Source of the DNA: an uncultured Gemmatimonadaceae bacterium
GTDB taxonomy: Bacteria > Gemmatimonadota > Gemmatimonadetes > Gemmatimonadales > Gemmatimonadaceae
Direction of reading: 5' to 3'
Assembly (NCBI GenBank): GCA_963716745.1
Contig: OY970320.1
Coordinates: 2,656,001-2,720,000, forward strand
Length of the DNA stretch: 64,000 bases
This document shows, one piece after another, positions 20,264 through 29,936 of this stretch. Under the pieces are notes generated by a model that saw nothing but the letters and a program-made list of their open reading frames with translations, was not told where the DNA came from and searched no databases. Position 1 is the first letter of the stretch. Each line of letters starts with the position of its first letter. The translations under genes were made by a program, and so were the position numbers.

Positions 20264-21292
20264 TCAGCCCGCCACCGGGGCCGCGTGGCCCCTATCGCTG
20301 GTGGTGTCGGTGGTGATGTCCTCCCAGAGCGCCTCCACCGGCGGCTCGGGGCTCGCGTCGGCGAATTGCCACGCGTCCTCGCACACCGCTTTTACTTCTT
20401 CGTCCATCTTCGCGTAGTCGGCGTCGGACCACTCGCCGTTCTCCTGCATCTCGGCCTTGAGCACCATGATCGGATCGCGCTTCATCTCGCGATCGAGCTC
20501 TTCCTTGCTGCGATACGTGCCGCTCACCGCGTCGGACATCGAGTGTCCCATGAAGCGGTACGTCTGGATCTCGAGCAGCGTGGGCGTGTTCTCGCGGCGG
20601 GCGCGCTCTACGGCGCGCATCGTCGCCTCGCGCACCGCCATCACATTCTGCCCGTCCACCGCTTCCTCGGGCATGTCGTACGAGTGCGCGCGCGTGGAGA
20701 TGTCCACCACCGCGCTGGCGCGCTCGAGCGCCGTGCCCATGCCGTAGCGGTTGTTCTCGATGACGAAGATCACCGGCAGCTTCCAGAGCGCCGCCATGTT
20801 CAGCGATTCGTGGAACGCGCCGGTATTCACGACCGACTCGCCGAAGAAGCACACGCACACCTGGTCGCCGCCGCGATACTTGATCGCGAAGCCGACGCCC
20901 GTGGCGAGCGGGAGATGGCCGCCCACGATCCCGTGGCCGCCCAGGAAATTCACGTTGCGGTCGAACAAGTGCATCGAGCCGCCCTTGCCCTTGGAGCAGC
21001 CGTCGGCGCGGCCGAACAACTCGGCCATGATCGCGCGCGGCGGGATCCCCTTCGCGAGCGCCTGGCCGTGCTCGCGATAGCTCGCGATCACATAGTCATC
21101 ATTGCGCAGCGCGGAGGTGACGCCGGCGCCGACGCCTTCCTGTCCAATGTAGAGGTGGCAGAAGCCGCCGATCTTTCCGAGCGCGTACGCCTCGCCCACG
21201 CGCTCTTCGAACCGGCGCATGAGCATCATCTCGCGGAGCAACGCGCGGCGGAGGGGGGCGGCATCGGCCGCGTCGTTCTTCTTCTTTGCCAT
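20264..21292 (-). CDS. pdhA: Pyruvate dehydrogenase E1 alpha subunit
   Basis: KIGGFCHLYIGQE, GKGGSMH, ENNRYGMGT, YRFMGHSMSD. Confidence 0.96.
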   Translation of the reverse strand: MAKKKNDAADAAPLRRALLREMMLMRRFEERVGEAYALGKIGGFCHLYIGQEGVGAGVTSALRNDDYVIASYREHGQALAKGIPPRAIMAELFGRADGCSKGKGGSMHLFDRNVNFLGGHGIVGGHLPLATGVGFAIKYRGGDQVCVCFFGESVVNTGAFHESLNMAALWKLPVIFVIENNRYGMGTALERASAVVDISTRAHSYDMPEEAVDGQNVMAVREATMRAVERARRENTPTLLEIQTYRFMGHSMSDAVSGTYRSKEELDREMKRDPIMVLKAEMQENGEWSDADYAKMDEEVKAVCEDAWQFADASPEPPVEALWEDITTDTTSDRGHAAPVAG

Positions 21293-21325
21293 GTGTGTGG
21301 TTGGTGGACCGTGGCCAGGCCGCGG

Positions 21326-22240
21326 CTAGACGCCCGCGGCCTGCACTTGCTCCCAGGCGTGATAGCTGGAGCGGACGAGCGGCGCCGACTCAACGTGGCG
21401 GAAACCCATCGCCATGCCGGCGTCGCGCAGCGCGCGGAACTCGTCCGGAGTGTAGTAGCGGTCGAGCGGGTGGTGATCGGCCGACGGGCGCAGATACTGG
21501 CCGAGGGTGAGGATGTCGACGTCGACCTTGCGCAGGTCGCGCATGACGGCGAGCACCTCTTCGGTGGTCTCGCCCATGCCGAGGATCATACCGGTCTTGG
21601 TCGGAACGTCGGGGGCGATGCGCTTGGCGAGCGCGAAGATCTCCATGACGCGCTCGTAGCGGCCGCCGGGCCGGCATTTCTTATAGAGGCGCGGGACGGT
21701 CTCGGTGTTGTGATTGTAGATGTCAGGGCGCGCTTCGAGCACGGTGCGAATGGACGCCTCGTTCCCCTGGAAGTCGGGGACGAGCACCTCAACCGAGCAG
21801 CCCGGGAGTTTCGCGCGGATCTGCCGGATGGTCTCGGCGAAGATGAACGCGCCGAAGTCGGGGAGGTCGTCGCGGTCCACCGAGGTGATGACGGCGTGCT
21901 GCAGCTGCATCTCGGCGATCGCGGACGCGACACGCGCCGGTTCACCAATGTCGTACTTGGGCGGACGGCCATGCGCGACGGCGCAATAGGCGCAGTTCCG
22001 CGTGCAGACGTCGCCGAGGATCATGAACGACGCCGTGCCGTGTTCCCAGCACTCGCCGACGTTGGGGCAGTGGGCTTCTTCGCACACCGTGTGCAGATCG
22101 AGGTCGCGCATGAGATGCTTGAGGCGCGAATAATTGGGACCGCCGGGTGCTCTGACTTTGAGCCACGACGGCTTCCGCTCGGGGAGCGGATCGGCCCGGT
22201 GGCGGCCCATTATCTGATACAGGATTTCTCCCATGGTCAT
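21326..22240 (-). CDS. lipA: Lipoyl synthase
   Basis: CEEAHCPNVGEC and CTRNCAYC Fe-S motifs, LVRSSYHA. Confidence 0.97.
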   Translation of the reverse strand: MTMGEILYQIMGRHRADPLPERKPSWLKVRAPGGPNYSRLKHLMRDLDLHTVCEEAHCPNVGECWEHGTASFMILGDVCTRNCAYCAVAHGRPPKYDIGEPARVASAIAEMQLQHAVITSVDRDDLPDFGAFIFAETIRQIRAKLPGCSVEVLVPDFQGNEASIRTVLEARPDIYNHNTETVPRLYKKCRPGGRYERVMEIFALAKRIAPDVPTKTGMILGMGETTEEVLAVMRDLRKVDVDILTLGQYLRPSADHHPLDRYYTPDEFRALRDAGMAMGFRHVESAPLVRSSYHAWEQVQAAGV

Positions 22241-22277
22241 GAAGCTAAAGGCCCGTGTCGCAGAGTGCTATAGTACA

Positions 22278-22367
22278 TAACCGTTAAAACAGTATTTAGC
22301 GGTTAATCATATCTTCTAAGTCATGTAAATCCTGTCAAATGCATTTGACAGGATCAACATGACTTAG
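22278..22367. promoter_or_regulatory. AT-rich region with two palindromes upstream of the lipA-pdh operon
   Basis: 22316-22367 near-perfect 52-bp palindrome with perfect core atcctgtcaaatgcatttgacaggat; 22278-22305 taaccgttaaa...tttagcggtta. Confidence 0.55.
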
Positions 22368-23440
22368 TTGAAGAACCGCGTTGGAGAGAATGGGCTGAGG
22401 TCGTACCCCGGATCCTTCCCGGCCGCGAGGGCGGCGACAACGTCTCCGGTCAACGGAGCCATGAGGATCCCATTCCTGGAATGTCCGACAGCGTAGATCA
22501 CCGAGGGCACGTTGGCATCCCGTCCGATGATCGGTAGGGAGTCGGGTGTCATGGGTCGAAGACCGGCCCACTGGCGAATAGTGGCGGCGGCGCCGAGCGT
22601 GGGGCAGAGGGTGGCGGCGACGCCGCGCAGATGGGAGGCGGCTTCGGGCGTCGTGGCATTGTCGAATCCGGTGTGCTCAGAGGTCGAGCCGACGAAGGTC
22701 GTACCGTCGGCGCGGGGCACGATGTAGCCGTGTCCGGCGAATGTGACGTGGCGGAGGGGCGCTCCTTCGACGGCGAGCATCTGCCCGCGGAGGGGATGCA
22801 CCGGCATCGCGCTCGGCAGCCCGGCGAGCTGGGCGCTCCACGCTCCGGCCGCGATAACGACAGTACTGCCGCTATACTGGCGCCCAGAAGCGCAGGCGAC
22901 TTTCGGAGCGCCTCCCGCGATCTCGAGCGCTTCTGCGCACTCCGGGACCATCATGATGTTCGGCGCGTGCGAGGCGAACTCTCGCAGCGCGGCCGTGAGG
23001 GCCGCGTTGTCCACGGCGCCGTCGAACTCGTGGTAGAGCGCGCCGTGCGCGCGAGCCAGGGCCGGCTCGAGTTCGTGGAGGCGCGAGGGCCCGAGCCACT
23101 TCGTGCCCGGCGCGCGATCGCGCTGGAGAGAATCCGCCTCGCCCGGCGACTGCGCGAGTTGGAGGATGCCATTCCGGTCGAGCGGGATCCGCGCGCCGGT
23201 AGTGTGCGCTACCCAGTCGAGGAACGTGGTGTAGCGGTCCCGCGCGGCGACGGCGAACTCGTGCGCAGCGCCCGCGCTGGGCTCGACGCCCGGGGCGAGC
23301 ATGCCCGCCGCGGCGGGGGACGCTTCGCCCTCGCGTATCTCGCCGATCAGTGTCACTTTCAACCCACGTTCCGCGAGCGCGGCGGCGGAACAGAGGGCCA
23401 CCAGACCGTAACCGATTACGATCACACGATCATCGTTCAT
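22364..23440 (-). CDS. FAD-dependent oxidoreductase, glycine oxidase ThiO/DAO family
   Basis: VIVIGYGLVAL, ASPAAAGMLAP, AAGAWS, PLRGQM, YIVPR, WAGLRP, GHSRNGILMAP. Confidence 0.88.
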   Translation of the reverse strand: MNDDRVIVIGYGLVALCSAAALAERGLKVTLIGEIREGEASPAAAGMLAPGVEPSAGAAHEFAVAARDRYTTFLDWVAHTTGARIPLDRNGILQLAQSPGEADSLQRDRAPGTKWLGPSRLHELEPALARAHGALYHEFDGAVDNAALTAALREFASHAPNIMMVPECAEALEIAGGAPKVACASGRQYSGSTVVIAAGAWSAQLAGLPSAMPVHPLRGQMLAVEGAPLRHVTFAGHGYIVPRADGTTFVGSTSEHTGFDNATTPEAASHLRGVAATLCPTLGAAATIRQWAGLRPMTPDSLPIIGRDANVPSVIYAVGHSRNGILMAPLTGDVVAALAAGKDPGYDLSPFSPTRFFN

Positions 23441-23551
23441 GAAACACCCGGGCACGCTGACGCGTACATATATGCGAGCGACTGGACGAGCAGATCCCAC
23501 GGCCGATGACCGATGGCCGACGACCAGTCCATTATTTCGGAGAGGTACCCA

Positions 23552-23770
23552 ATGTTCCGCACTGTGATGGCGACTGGCGTGATGGCGATCATCGGGATCA
23601 TCGCGCTCAAGTTCATCTTCGGAGTCTTCGGCGGGCTCGTCGGCCTATTCTTCGTGTTGCTCTTCCTGGCTGTGAAGATCGCGATCATCGGGCTGATCGT
23701 ATACGTCGCGCTGCGGATCTTCATGCCCGCCACCGCCGACAAGATCAAAGAGAAAGCCACCGGCGCGTGA
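23552..23770 (+). CDS. Small membrane protein, unknown function
   Basis: GGAGAGG RBS before ATG 23552; 72 aa, almost entirely hydrophobic. Confidence 0.75.
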   Translation: MFRTVMATGVMAIIGIIALKFIFGVFGGLVGLFFVLLFLAVKIAIIGLIVYVALRIFMPATADKIKEKATGA

Positions 23771-23773
23771 GAC

Positions 23774-23851
23774 AGCCGTTAGCCGTTCGCCGTTAGACGC
23801 ACGACTCGGTACTCACGCCGCTAGAAACCCACGACTCGGCACTCACGCCGT
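23774..23851. repeat. (AGCCGTT)n heptamers plus two copies of the 20-nt REP-like motif
   Basis: Reverse copies at 23797-23816 and 23827-23846; the second contains the stop codon of the 23843 gene. Confidence 0.8.
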
Positions 23852-24793
23852 TAGTCTTTCAATAACCGCCCACGCCAACAAAGGCACCATTATCTCATGG
23901 TGCCCCGTGATCTCGTAGCCGCGCCCGCCACCCATGGTGGGGCGCTGCACGACGTTCATGTGCGGCCGGTAGTGGCGCAGCATATCCATGTCGCAGGCCG
24001 TGAAATCCACCGGGCGGCCCTCATTCAAATTCCGCGCGATCGTGAGCGCCTTGAGGAACACTTCGGGCATGATCACCGCGCTCCCCAGGTTCAGCACCAC
24101 GCCGCCGTCGTGCAGCGACGGCAGCGACGCCGCGAGGCGGCGGAAATCGCGGTGGCTCGTGTCGCCGATCGCCGCGCCGCTCGCCGCCGGATGCTGGTGG
24201 ATGATCTCCGCGCCGATGGCCGCGTGGATGGTGCAGGGCACGCCGAGCTTGCGCGCGCCGAGCAGCAGCGACAGCTCGGGATGCGCGAGCTTCTTCTCCC
24301 CTTCGAGCCCGCGCGCGAACGACTCGCCCATCCCCCAGCTCTCCTTCATGCCGCGAATGAGCGCTTCGTTCATCGCGCGGCCGGTCTCCTCGGCCATCCC
24401 GAACGTGCCATCGCGCAGGCCGGCCGCGACGTCCTCCGACGTTCCACCGAAGCGCGCGATCTCATAGTCATGGATGGCGGCCGAACCGTTCATCGCGAGG
24501 TGCGTGATCACGCCGCGCCGCATGAGATCGAGCAGCACGGGCGCGAGACCGGTCTTCACCACGTGGCCGCCGGTCATGACCACGACGCCGCGCTTGCCCG
24601 CGGCGGCGGCAATGTCCTTCGCCACCGCGAGCAGATCGCGCGCGACGAGCGCGTCGGGCAGCGCCTTCAGGAACGCGCGGAAGGAGCGGTCGGCTCCCGG
24701 TGGCGACGCGAACTCCTCGGCGCGCACCTTGTTCGGGCGCACGGCGATGGGCACCGTGCGCACCTTCGACAGATCCGCTTCCTGGTCGGCCAT
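23843..24793 (-). CDS. Conserved protein resembling the deoxyhypusine synthase-like fold
   Basis: MTGGHVVKTGL, AMNGSAAIHDYE, TSEDV...DGTFGMAEETG, NLGSAVIMPEVFLKA, GHHEIMVPLL; start at TGATG overlap. Confidence 0.7.
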   Translation of the reverse strand: MADQEADLSKVRTVPIAVRPNKVRAEEFASPPGADRSFRAFLKALPDALVARDLLAVAKDIAAAAGKRGVVVMTGGHVVKTGLAPVLLDLMRRGVITHLAMNGSAAIHDYEIARFGGTSEDVAAGLRDGTFGMAEETGRAMNEALIRGMKESWGMGESFARGLEGEKKLAHPELSLLLGARKLGVPCTIHAAIGAEIIHQHPAASGAAIGDTSHRDFRRLAASLPSLHDGGVVLNLGSAVIMPEVFLKALTIARNLNEGRPVDFTACDMDMLRHYRPHMNVVQRPTMGGGRGYEITGHHEIMVPLLAWAVIERLTA

Positions 24794-25596
24794 CAGTGCT
24801 TCGTGGTGCTGTCGGCCGGCGCGGCGCCCGGCGGCGTGTACTTCTTCAGATACAGATTCAGTGAATTCAGCAGCGGCACCTTGGTCTTCACTTTCATCTG
24901 CACGAGAAGGTGCCGCGGATCGTCGGTGAGCCACATGAGCGCCTCGCCGCCATCCGCGAACAGTCCGCCGGACTTGATCACCGGCTGGATCACGATCGTC
25001 GCGAAGGTGCCGGCGTCGACCTTCACCGTATCGCGCCGCAGGACCTTCACGATCACCGGATTGCGGTCGGCGATGAAATAGCGGTTGAACTCGTACGTCC
25101 TGCCGATCTCGAGCGGAACGGTGCGCACGAAATAGAAGAACGCGCCGTCGTCGAGCGGCTCGTGGACGCTCGGCTCCTCCGGTTTCCCTTCCTGCTGGTA
25201 GATGGCGCGCTCCGGATAGAACTGGTAATCCCGAATGCGATGGTAGTTCACTTCGTTGATGTGCTGTACGAACGCGTACGACACCATCGTGTACGGATCG
25301 AAGTGACTCTCAAGCTGGTCGTTCACGTGCAGGAAGAGCAGGCCGCCCTTCACGAGGAACACGGTGTGCATGGTGCGGTGACCGCGCACCGAATCCCACC
25401 CGGTGACCTCCATCGAGCCGTTGCCCACGCCGATGCCGCCGAGGGTCACGTGGTATTCCAGCTTCTCACCCACGCCGAACGGGAGGTCGGCGACGCGCAC
25501 GCTGCCGGCGGCGAGCGAGTCCTGCGACGCGGCGGACGCGGCGGCCAGCATCGCGAGCGAGAGCAGTGCGCGGCGCGTGCCGCGCGCGTGGATCAC
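24793..25596 (-). CDS. DUF3108-like exported protein
   Basis: Signal peptide, PFGVGEKLEYHV, DTVKVDAGTFATIVIQP, MWLTDDPRHLLVQMK. Confidence 0.75.
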   Translation of the reverse strand: MIHARGTRRALLSLAMLAAASAASQDSLAAGSVRVADLPFGVGEKLEYHVTLGGIGVGNGSMEVTGWDSVRGHRTMHTVFLVKGGLLFLHVNDQLESHFDPYTMVSYAFVQHINEVNYHRIRDYQFYPERAIYQQEGKPEEPSVHEPLDDGAFFYFVRTVPLEIGRTYEFNRYFIADRNPVIVKVLRRDTVKVDAGTFATIVIQPVIKSGGLFADGGEALMWLTDDPRHLLVQMKVKTKVPLLNSLNLYLKKYTPPGAAPADSTTKH

Positions 25597-26334
25597 GAGA
25601 CCCGCGGGGCGCGATGCGCGCGCGCGAACCGGAATAACTCGAGCGCCGATCCCCACGCGCGCACGCGGGTGTCGCGCTGCCGCAGGTCGTAGCGCGGCGC
25701 GGCGAGTTGCACTGCCTCGACGCGGCGCGCGCAGCGGCGCGAAGCACGCGAGCAGCTGTGCGTTCGCGGCCCAGCCCGGTGCGGTGACGAGCGGTGCGTT
25801 GCCTGCGCGTTTGATCGCTTCCCGCGCGACCGCGACGCGCACGAGGCGCATCGTGCCGAGCGGATCGGTCACGCCGGCGGTGCGTCCGAGGGGGCGCAGC
25901 AGCCAGAGCGCGAGGCGGCGCAGCCGGAGGATGGCAGGCGGTGCGCCGGCGGGCGCAGCCGACTCGCCCACGACCAGGTCCGCGCCGCCGTCGAAGGGGC
26001 GAAAGAGCTCCGGGAGCTGCTCGGGGAGATCGGTGAGGTCGCCCTGCATGAGCACGAGCGCGTCGCGGCGCGGATAGCGCGTGCGCGCGGCGGCGGCGCG
26101 CACGAGCGCGTCGAGCGCTGCCGGATATCCCTTCCGCTCGGCATGCCGGATGACCGTGAGCGGCATCACGCGCGCGTACTGCTTGAGCGTCTCGGCGGTG
26201 GCGTCGGTGCTGCCGTCGTCGAGCACGACCACTTCGTATTCGCGCGGATCGGCCTCGAACACCTTGCGCAGGCGCCAGAGGACGATGCCGATCGTTGGCG
26301 CTTCGTCGAACGACGGGATGCAGATCGTGAGCAT
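25593..26334 (-). CDS. Glycosyltransferase family 2 (frameshift near 25735)
   Basis: MLTICIPSFDEA, VVLDDGSTDAT, LMQGDLTD; repaired C-terminus RYDLRQRDTRVRAW...APRVS* ending at 25593. Confidence 0.8.
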
Positions 26335-26504
26335 GCGGTTCTCGAGTGATGCGGTGGAGCGACTGCGCGCGATCGCGCTCTCTGAAGGAAGATGGCCGGG
26401 GCCTGTCTGGAAGGCAAACATTCGTTGCTCGCTTGCCCAGCGGCGGTGCGCGACGTAGGGTGAGTGCGCCGCGCGTCGCGCGTCTTCCCATGTCTGGAGA
26501 TTCC

Positions 26505-28070
26505 GTGGAACGTCGCTCGTTCGCCGCGTGGTGCGCCCTGGCCGCGCTCGCCTGTTCGCCGTCCGCCCCTGAGGCCGCGCCGCCGCCGGCGCCCGTCGCG
26601 GCGCGCGACCGGATCACGGCGGCCGATCTGCGCCGCGACCTCTACATCTTTGCCGACGATTCCTTCCGCGGACGCCGCGCGGGCACGGACGATGCGGTGC
26701 GCGCCGCGCGATTCCTGGCGCAGCAGGCCGCGGCGATCGGCCTCGAGCCGGCGGGCGACAGCGGCGGATACCTGCAGCGCGTGCCGCTCGTGCGCGAATA
26801 CCTCGGTCGCGGCTCGCGTGTGACCGTCACGAGCGCGTCGGGCGCCGTGAATCTTCCGGTCGGGCCGCGCCTGCTGCCGCTGCTCTCGCTGGGCCTGGAT
26901 GTGCCGGCGCCGAGGCTCGATGCCGACGGCGATCTCATCTTCGGGGGATACGGACTCGCGGGCGACCTCGCGGACCGCAGCGTGGCGGGGAAGGTGGTGG
27001 TGTTCGTGCTCGGCGCACCGCCCTCGCTCGACATGGCGGCGCGCGCCGCCGTGATGCGCGATCACCCGCTGGGCGAGCGGCTCGCGTCGCTGGTGGAGCG
27101 CGGGCCGGCGGGGATCATCGTGATCGTGCAGGGGGCGCTGGCCGAGGGGATGGCGCCGGCGGCCGCGGAGCTGAGCGACACCTCGGTGCAGCTCGGCGAC
27201 GGTGCGCCGCCACCGGTGCGGAATCTGCCGCTCGTGCTCGAGGCGGACGTGCGCGGCGCGGCCGCCTTGCTGCCACCGGGGTGGCCCGGCATGACATCGC
27301 CGCGTGGATTGGACGGGCGCCACTTGAGCGCGCACATCGATCTCGTGAGTGCGTCATTGCCCGCGTACAACGTGGTGGCGGTGCGCCGCGGCGGCGATCC
27401 GGCGCTGCGCGGCACATACGTGGCTTTCGGAGCGCACCTCGATCACATCGGGATCCAGCCCGCCGACAATGGCGACTCGATCGCGAACGGCGCCGACGAT
27501 GACGGCACGGGAAGCGTGGCGTTGCTCGCGATCGCGCGCGCGGCGGTGGCACAGCGTCCGGCGCCGCGGCGATCGATGCTCTTCGTGTGGCACACGGGTG
27601 AGGAACTCGGCTTGTTCGGTTCGGAGTGGTTCACGTCGCATCCCACCGTGCCGATCGATTCGATCGTCGCGCAGCTGAACGCCGACATGATCGGCCGCAA
27701 CGGCCGCGATTCGCTCTATCTCGTGGGACCGCGCGCGGCGCCGAACGGCCAGAGTGCGGTGCTCGGCAAGATCGTCGACTCGGTGAACGCGCAACTCAAG
27801 CGGCCCTTCACGATCGACCGCGAGTGGGATTCGCCGACGCATCCCGAACAGATCTACTACCGCAGCGATCACTACAACTACGCGAAGAATGGCGTGCCGG
27901 TAGTGTTCTTCACCACGGGGCTGCACGACGACTATCACAAGGTGAGCGACGAGGCGGGGAAGATCGAGTTCGAGAAGGTGCAGCGGGTGGCCTCGTTCAT
28001 CTACGACGTAGGGTTCTCCGTGGCGGAGCGCGCAACTCGGCCTTACACGCGGCGTCGGGCGGCTCCATAA
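26505..28070 (+). CDS. M28 family metallopeptidase, lipoprotein
   Basis: Lipobox ALAC; GAHLDHIG, NGADDDGTG, GEELGLFGS, LNADMIGR, YYRSDHYNY, DYHKVSDE. Confidence 0.92.
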   Translation: MERRSFAAWCALAALACSPSAPEAAPPPAPVAARDRITAADLRRDLYIFADDSFRGRRAGTDDAVRAARFLAQQAAAIGLEPAGDSGGYLQRVPLVREYLGRGSRVTVTSASGAVNLPVGPRLLPLLSLGLDVPAPRLDADGDLIFGGYGLAGDLADRSVAGKVVVFVLGAPPSLDMAARAAVMRDHPLGERLASLVERGPAGIIVIVQGALAEGMAPAAAELSDTSVQLGDGAPPPVRNLPLVLEADVRGAAALLPPGWPGMTSPRGLDGRHLSAHIDLVSASLPAYNVVAVRRGGDPALRGTYVAFGAHLDHIGIQPADNGDSIANGADDDGTGSVALLAIARAAVAQRPAPRRSMLFVWHTGEELGLFGSEWFTSHPTVPIDSIVAQLNADMIGRNGRDSLYLVGPRAAPNGQSAVLGKIVDSVNAQLKRPFTIDREWDSPTHPEQIYYRSDHYNYAKNGVPVVFFTTGLHDDYHKVSDEAGKIEFEKVQRVASFIYDVGFSVAERATRPYTRRRAAP

Positions 28071-28113
28071 GAGGTCGCATTCGTCGAGGCCGCATCGTGC
28101 ACAAGCTTGTTGG

Positions 28114-28172
28114 CGTTCGGGACTCGGGACTCGACTACCCGAGCCCGAGTCCCGAGTCCCGCATCCCGAACG
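28114..28172. repeat. Heptamer-repeat hairpin (GGGACTC/GAGTCCC)
   Basis: gttcgggactcgggactcg...cgagtcccgagtcccgcatcccgaac. Confidence 0.7.
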
Positions 28173-28275
28173 TAACCAAGCTTAGAATGTGAGCGCGCTC
28201 ACAGAGGCTCGCACGGGCGTGGAACCGCGTTGCATCGCGCATTTCCGGTCGTCGCCCGTATAGAGGAGGAAGCGC

Positions 28276-29007
28276 ATGATCAACGGGCAGATCCGCTCCA
28301 CGCTCACCCGCGACGACGCGCAGCTCGCGCTGCGGCTCATCGCGCGCGGGTCGGCGGAATCGTTGATGGCGTGCGAGGCGCTGCTGCGCGATGGCGGCAT
28401 CGACGCGCTGCTCGACGATCCCCGGCTCGTGCCCGCAATGCTGTCGTCGCGCGCGGGAATGCATTCGTCGCTCCCGCTCTTCTTCTCCGCGGTGGTGCGC
28501 CACGCGCTCGCGCAGGCGGACGAGCACGATCGCGCGCTCGCCGATTACGTCGCCGACATCCTGATCCACTTCGCGGCGCGCGGACGCGCCGAGCGGATCG
28601 CGGAGCACGACGATCAGACATACGACACGCTCGCCGGCCTCCTCGCCGAGGTGGACTCCGCGAGCGCCGAGCGCAGCTTCCTCGCGCGGCAGCATCTGGG
28701 CAACTACGCGCTCTGGCTGAGCGGACTCTTCCCGGACCGCATCGAGACGCGGCGCTGGCGGCGGGGCGGCCCGAGCATCGACTACTACGACGAGCTCGGC
28801 CGGCGCGGCTTCGCGCTCGCCGCCGAGACGCGGGTCGCGAACGATCACGGTATCCGCTCGCTGATGGAGCACGCGGCGGAGCGGTTCGTGGTGCTGCGTG
28901 TGGCGCTCAACCGGGTGAGCGATACGTTGTTCTTTCGCGACCGCAGCTCGCCCGAGCGGCTGATGCGGCAAGTGCGCGACGAGTCGCGCTGGCGGCAGGC
29001 GAGCTAA
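28276..29007 (+). CDS. Conserved hypothetical protein
   Basis: GAGGAG RBS; ADYVADIL, HLGNYALWLSGLFPD, YYDELGRRGF; typical codon usage. Confidence 0.75.
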   Translation: MINGQIRSTLTRDDAQLALRLIARGSAESLMACEALLRDGGIDALLDDPRLVPAMLSSRAGMHSSLPLFFSAVVRHALAQADEHDRALADYVADILIHFAARGRAERIAEHDDQTYDTLAGLLAEVDSASAERSFLARQHLGNYALWLSGLFPDRIETRRWRRGGPSIDYYDELGRRGFALAAETRVANDHGIRSLMEHAAERFVVLRVALNRVSDTLFFRDRSSPERLMRQVRDESRWRQAS

Positions 29008-29723
29008 CGCAGCTTCTGCTCCAGCATCTCTTCCACGAAGGCGCCGAACAGTCCCGCTTCCCACTTGCCGTCGAGTTCTTCGGGGTGCCACTGCACGCCG
29101 ACGGCCCACCAGTCGGGCGTGTCCCATTCGAGCCCCTCGATGATCCCGTCGGGGGCACGCGCGGCGACTCTGAGGCCTCCGCCGATGCGGTCCGGGGCCT
29201 GGTGATGGAACGAGTTCACCTGGATGGCCGAGGCCATGAGCAGGTGAGCGAGGCGCGTGCCCCCCTCGATTTCGACGGGATGCACGCGCGCCGACTGGCG
29301 GTCGCCCTCGTCGTGTGACAGCGCGCCCGGGTGCTCGCTCGGAATGTCCTGCACGAGCGTGCCTCCGAACGCGACGTTCATCAGTTGGATCCCGCGGCAG
29401 ATGGCGAGCACCGGCTTCTTGCGTCCCCGTGCCGCCTCGATGAGCGCGATCTCGGTCGCGTCGCGTGCTTCGCTCACGTGCGTCACGGTCGCGTGTCGTA
29501 CCGCGCCGTAGCGCGCTGGATCCACATCCTCGCCGCCGGTGAGCAGCAGGCCGTCGGCCGCATCGAGAATGCGGCCCGCGTCGCCGTTGTCGAGCAACGG
29601 CGGAACGAGCACCGGGATCCCGCCCGCGTGCTCTACCGCGCGCGCGTAGGCAACGCCAAGATGCACGGCGGGCGCCTTCTCATCGCCGCGCAGGGGGGCT
29701 GTGATGGCGATGATCGGAGCCAT
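29004..29723 (-). CDS. Gamma-glutamyl-GABA hydrolase family (peptidase C26)
   Basis: GLLLTGGEDVDP, LAICRGIQLMNVAFGGTL, VNSFHHQA, GVQWHPE. Confidence 0.92.
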   Translation of the reverse strand: MAPIIAITAPLRGDEKAPAVHLGVAYARAVEHAGGIPVLVPPLLDNGDAGRILDAADGLLLTGGEDVDPARYGAVRHATVTHVSEARDATEIALIEAARGRKKPVLAICRGIQLMNVAFGGTLVQDIPSEHPGALSHDEGDRQSARVHPVEIEGGTRLAHLLMASAIQVNSFHHQAPDRIGGGLRVAARAPDGIIEGLEWDTPDWWAVGVQWHPEELDGKWEAGLFGAFVEEMLEQKLR

Positions 29724-29767
29724 ATTGTATGCTACACCAATGCACCGTCATTCCGCGAGGACCCTGC

Positions 29768-29932
29768 ATGCCGACGTATGAATTCGAGTGCCGGAAGTGC
29801 GGCGAGCACTTCAGCGTGCGCGAGCACATCTCCGATCACGGCAAGTCGACAACGGCGTGCCCCAAGTGCAAGAGCAGCGATGTGGAGCGCGTGTTGAGCG
29901 AATTCTACGCGCGCACGCCGAGAAAATCGTAG
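29768..29932 (+). CDS. FmdB-family zinc ribbon protein
   Basis: MPTYEFECRKCG...CPKCKS. Confidence 0.85.
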   Translation: MPTYEFECRKCGEHFSVREHISDHGKSTTACPKCKSSDVERVLSEFYARTPRKS

Positions 29933-29936
29933 GTCG

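Noticed and set aside
22345..22357. FNR/CRP box (TTGAC-AGG-ATCAA)
   Set aside because: Spacer is 3 nt rather than 4, and it is part of a larger palindrome.
24793..26421. GT2-DUF3108 fusion protein
   Set aside because: A frameshift near 25735 hides the GT2 stop at 25593; the second gene has its own signal peptide.
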